This document shows, one piece after another, positions 61,328 through 64,000 of a stretch of DNA of 64,000 nucleotides. How positions within the stretch are numbered: the first letter of the stretch is position 1; each line of letters starts with the position of its first letter. The notes beneath the pieces are model-generated. The model saw nothing but the letters and a program-made list of their open reading frames with translations. It was not told where the DNA came from and did not search any database. The stretch covers positions 23,214,473-23,278,472 of the forward strand of contig NC_068989.1 of NCBI RefSeq assembly GCF_001194135.2, in the 5' to 3' direction. This DNA is from Octopus bimaculoides (taxonomy: Eukaryota). A program made the translations under genes and the position numbers.

Positions 61328-61944
61328 TGTGGTATGGGGAAAAAAGGTGTAATTCACCTACCTTGCAGGTTCTCTCACAGTATCAATCCTCTCCAGTCTA
61401 GCTTGCATATATCTATATGCACCAAATCTGTTTAATCTCTGGCCAGAACCTAAAAGCAAATTGCCTCACCTCATGCAGCCACACACATCCATCCTGTGTG
61501 ACAGCCCCAAGGGGAAAGAGAACCATGCTGGTCATGCTTCTGTGTACATGACCTCCCTGAGCTCATTTACTAACCTTTCAATTAATACCACCCATACATC
61601 CCACACACATTACAGATCTATATCTACCCTAATTGCACTAAATCCAGAACTACTTACCTCCCTTACACATAATCTTTTTACTCAGGGACTAGTAGATACA
61701 GTTCAGTATTCGGTGTGCATTCAAAGCAATGATTAGTAACATTACGAAATCGGTATGCTTTTGAATCTCTTTAACAATTCACAATAATGACTTTTATTAC
61801 TTTTATTCCTACCTCAGTTCCTCTAACTGTATATATCTATTGTTACTCTTCATAAAAAGCCTTTACTTTTTTTGATTTCCAATGTGTATTTTTGCTTATT
61901 TTTCTTCTTACTTTCCTCATATATATATATATATATATAAATAA

Positions 61945-62480
61945 CATCATCATCATTTAATATCCATTGTCCATGCTGGCATGGGTCGGACAGTTTGACC
62001 AGGGCTGGTAAGCTGAGGGATTACACCAGATTCCAGCCTGATTTGGCATGGTTTCTAAGTTGGATGCCCTTCCTAACACCAACCCCTCCAAGGGTGTCAT
62101 GGGTGCTTTTGCATGCCACCAGCATGGGTGCCAGTTGTGTGACACCAATATCTGCCACAACTATGATTTCTCTTGGCTTGATGGGTCTTCTGAAGCACAG
62201 CTTATTGCCAAAGGTCTCAGTAATTTATCATTGCTTCTGTGAGGTCCAGCGCTTGAAAGGTGTTTTTTACATGACACCGACAGTAGCCACAACTATGGTT
62301 TCATTTGGATTAATGGGCCTTTTCAAGCACACACACACACATATATGTACATATGAGTGCAGATGGCCATATAAAGTGCAGGTCACTAAATGTAAAAGAG
62401 GGAGACCTAGGAAGACATAGGACAAGGTGGTGAAAACTAATTTCAGGACCTTCAACCTAATGCATGAGATGACAAAGGAC
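61945..62480. mobile_element. RTE-tail SINE (minus) next to a short RTE ORF-end fragment (plus)
   Basis: (CAT)n-ttaa..ccatgctggcatggg body; GRPRKT at ~62400-62420. Confidence 0.6.
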
Positions 62481-62617
62481 TGTTTCCTAGGGCTAAATAG
62501 CAGTAGTATTCTTCCCTTTCATAGGACTGCCAAATTAAATTGGCAACATAACATCACCTTATATATATATAAAATATGTGTGTGGGTGTGTGTATGTATG
62601 TATGTATGTATGTATAT

Positions 62618-62656
<39 letters not shown>

Positions 62657-63049
62657 AACACACAGATAGACAATAGACAAATAGATAGATAGATAGATCA
62701 GGCTTTTTTCAGTTTCTGTCTACCAAATCTACTCGCAAGCCTTTGATTGGCCTGAGAGGACACTTGCCCGATGCACCAGTGAGACTGAACCCTGAGACTG
62801 GGAAGTAAACTTCTTACCATGCAGCCACACCTGTGTGTGTGTGCGTGCACGCGCGTGCATGTGTGCGTGCGTAAGAGCAAAGCTTCTAGAATTGATGGCG
62901 GAAGTTTGATAGATTGCTTTCGTATAAAGGTTAGAGCGTCCGTCACATTTACAGACGACATGGTTTAGAGCTTCATGGGCATCCTTCAACTTCTTCCATT
63001 CAAAGGAGTGTTTTTTTAAACCCAGCATTCATTGTGCTATTATTTATAA

Positions 63050-63323
63050 CAGTGTTTTTCAACCGTTACTTATCTATTCGATGTCTAAAAACTAATTTTA
63101 TAACTACTTATTTCAAAATTCCAATTTTGTTATTCGCTCGTTCACTTGTATAGGTTGAACTATGTAAAATGTTAGAGAAAGAAACCTAGCTGTTTCTTGC
63201 AAAACTTTTCATGGCCCCTTAAAGTACTACTGTGGATCCCCAATATGCTATTTTGCAAGAGTGGACCCTCAATAATGACCCCGCCTCCCCAAGAGTCGTC
63301 CGGACTCTAGTTGAGAACCACTG
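63050..63323. mobile_element. hAT-type MITE
   Basis: TIRs cagtgtttttcaac / gttgagaaccactg; 8-bp TSD atttataa / atttatag. Confidence 0.82.
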
Positions 63324-63392
63324 ATTTATAGCTTCATCGGTTTAAGAGTTCCTCAAGTATAAAAAACGATTTTTAGATAAATATGTGTATAT

Positions 63393-63427
<35 letters not shown>

Positions 63428-63564
63428 AAATATAGTGTACATTTAATACACATCAGAGATGCCCATAAAAGGACATCTGACCCGCTAGAAAGAGCAGCCA
63501 AAGCTCGCTAGACCACCGGTAGTTGATTAAATTTCTTAATTTTTTGCTACCCTAAGACTTGGGA

Positions 63565-63679
63565 AAGTGTCTTCTACTATAGCCTCGGGCCGACCAAAGC
63601 CTTGTGAGTGGATTTGGTGGACGGAAACTGAAAGAAGCCTGTCGTATATATGTTTATGTGTGTGTGTATATGTTTGTGT
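63565..63679 (+). mobile_element. SINE family B fragment
   Basis: gtgtcttctactatagcctcgggccgaccaaagccttgtgagtggatttgg; ends at the gap. Confidence 0.8.
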
Positions 63680-63956
63680 NNNNNNNNNNNNNNNNNNNNN
63701 NNNNNNNNNNNNNNNNNNNNNNNNNNNNNNNNNNNNNNNNNNNNNNNNNNNNNNNNNNNNNNNNNNNNNNNNNNNNNNNNNNNNNNNNNNNNNNNNNNNN
63801 NNNNNNNNNNNNNNNNNNNNNNNNNNNNNNNNNNNNNNNNNNNNNNNNNNNNNNNNNNNNNNNNNNNNNNNNNNNNNNNNNNNNNNNNNNNNNNNNNNNN
63901 NNNNNNNNNNNNNNNNNNNNNNNNNNNNNNNNNNNNNNNNNNNNNNNNNNNNNNNN
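63680..63956. other. Assembly gap
   Basis: N run. Confidence 1.
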
Positions 63957-64000
63957 TTTTTTTTTTTTTTTTTTTAAATTTATTTATATGATGTATGTAT

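Noticed and set aside
1688-63991. Most ORFs in the six-frame track (CVCV, HTHT, YIYI, poly-L/I/V and X-containing ORFs)
   Set aside because: They are translations of microsatellites, SINE bodies or N gaps, with no splice or homology support.

Overview
AT-rich, repeat-dominated animal genomic DNA with five assembly gaps. The SINE, LINE and microsatellite content looks like an octopus (coleoid cephalopod) genome; this is an inference, not a database result. Two host genes converge. (1) The last two exons of an aquaporin lie on the + strand (5048-5128, 11800-12000); its second NPA box reads NPC. (2) A complete six-exon, 147-aa non-muscle-type myosin essential light chain (Mlc-c/MYL6-like) lies on the - strand, from an ATG-only exon at 56844-56846 to a stop at 27561. 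Most of the rest is mobile DNA: an internally deleted Mag-like Gypsy LTR element with a 5-bp TSD and a nested SINE, two Tc1 relics, a mariner, mariner/hAT/piggyBac-type MITEs, DINE-1/Helentron-like elements, fragments of RTE, CR1, R4/Dong, HERO and Penelope-like retroelements, and at least three SINE families. The most unusual signal is a set of fold-back repeats, from at least four apparently unrelated families, that carry decayed minimal type I hammerhead-ribozyme-like cores (CTGANGA - stem II - GAAA - short stem III - UH). These suggest Penelope-derived or retrozyme-like non-autonomous elements. All alignments and folds were done by eye.
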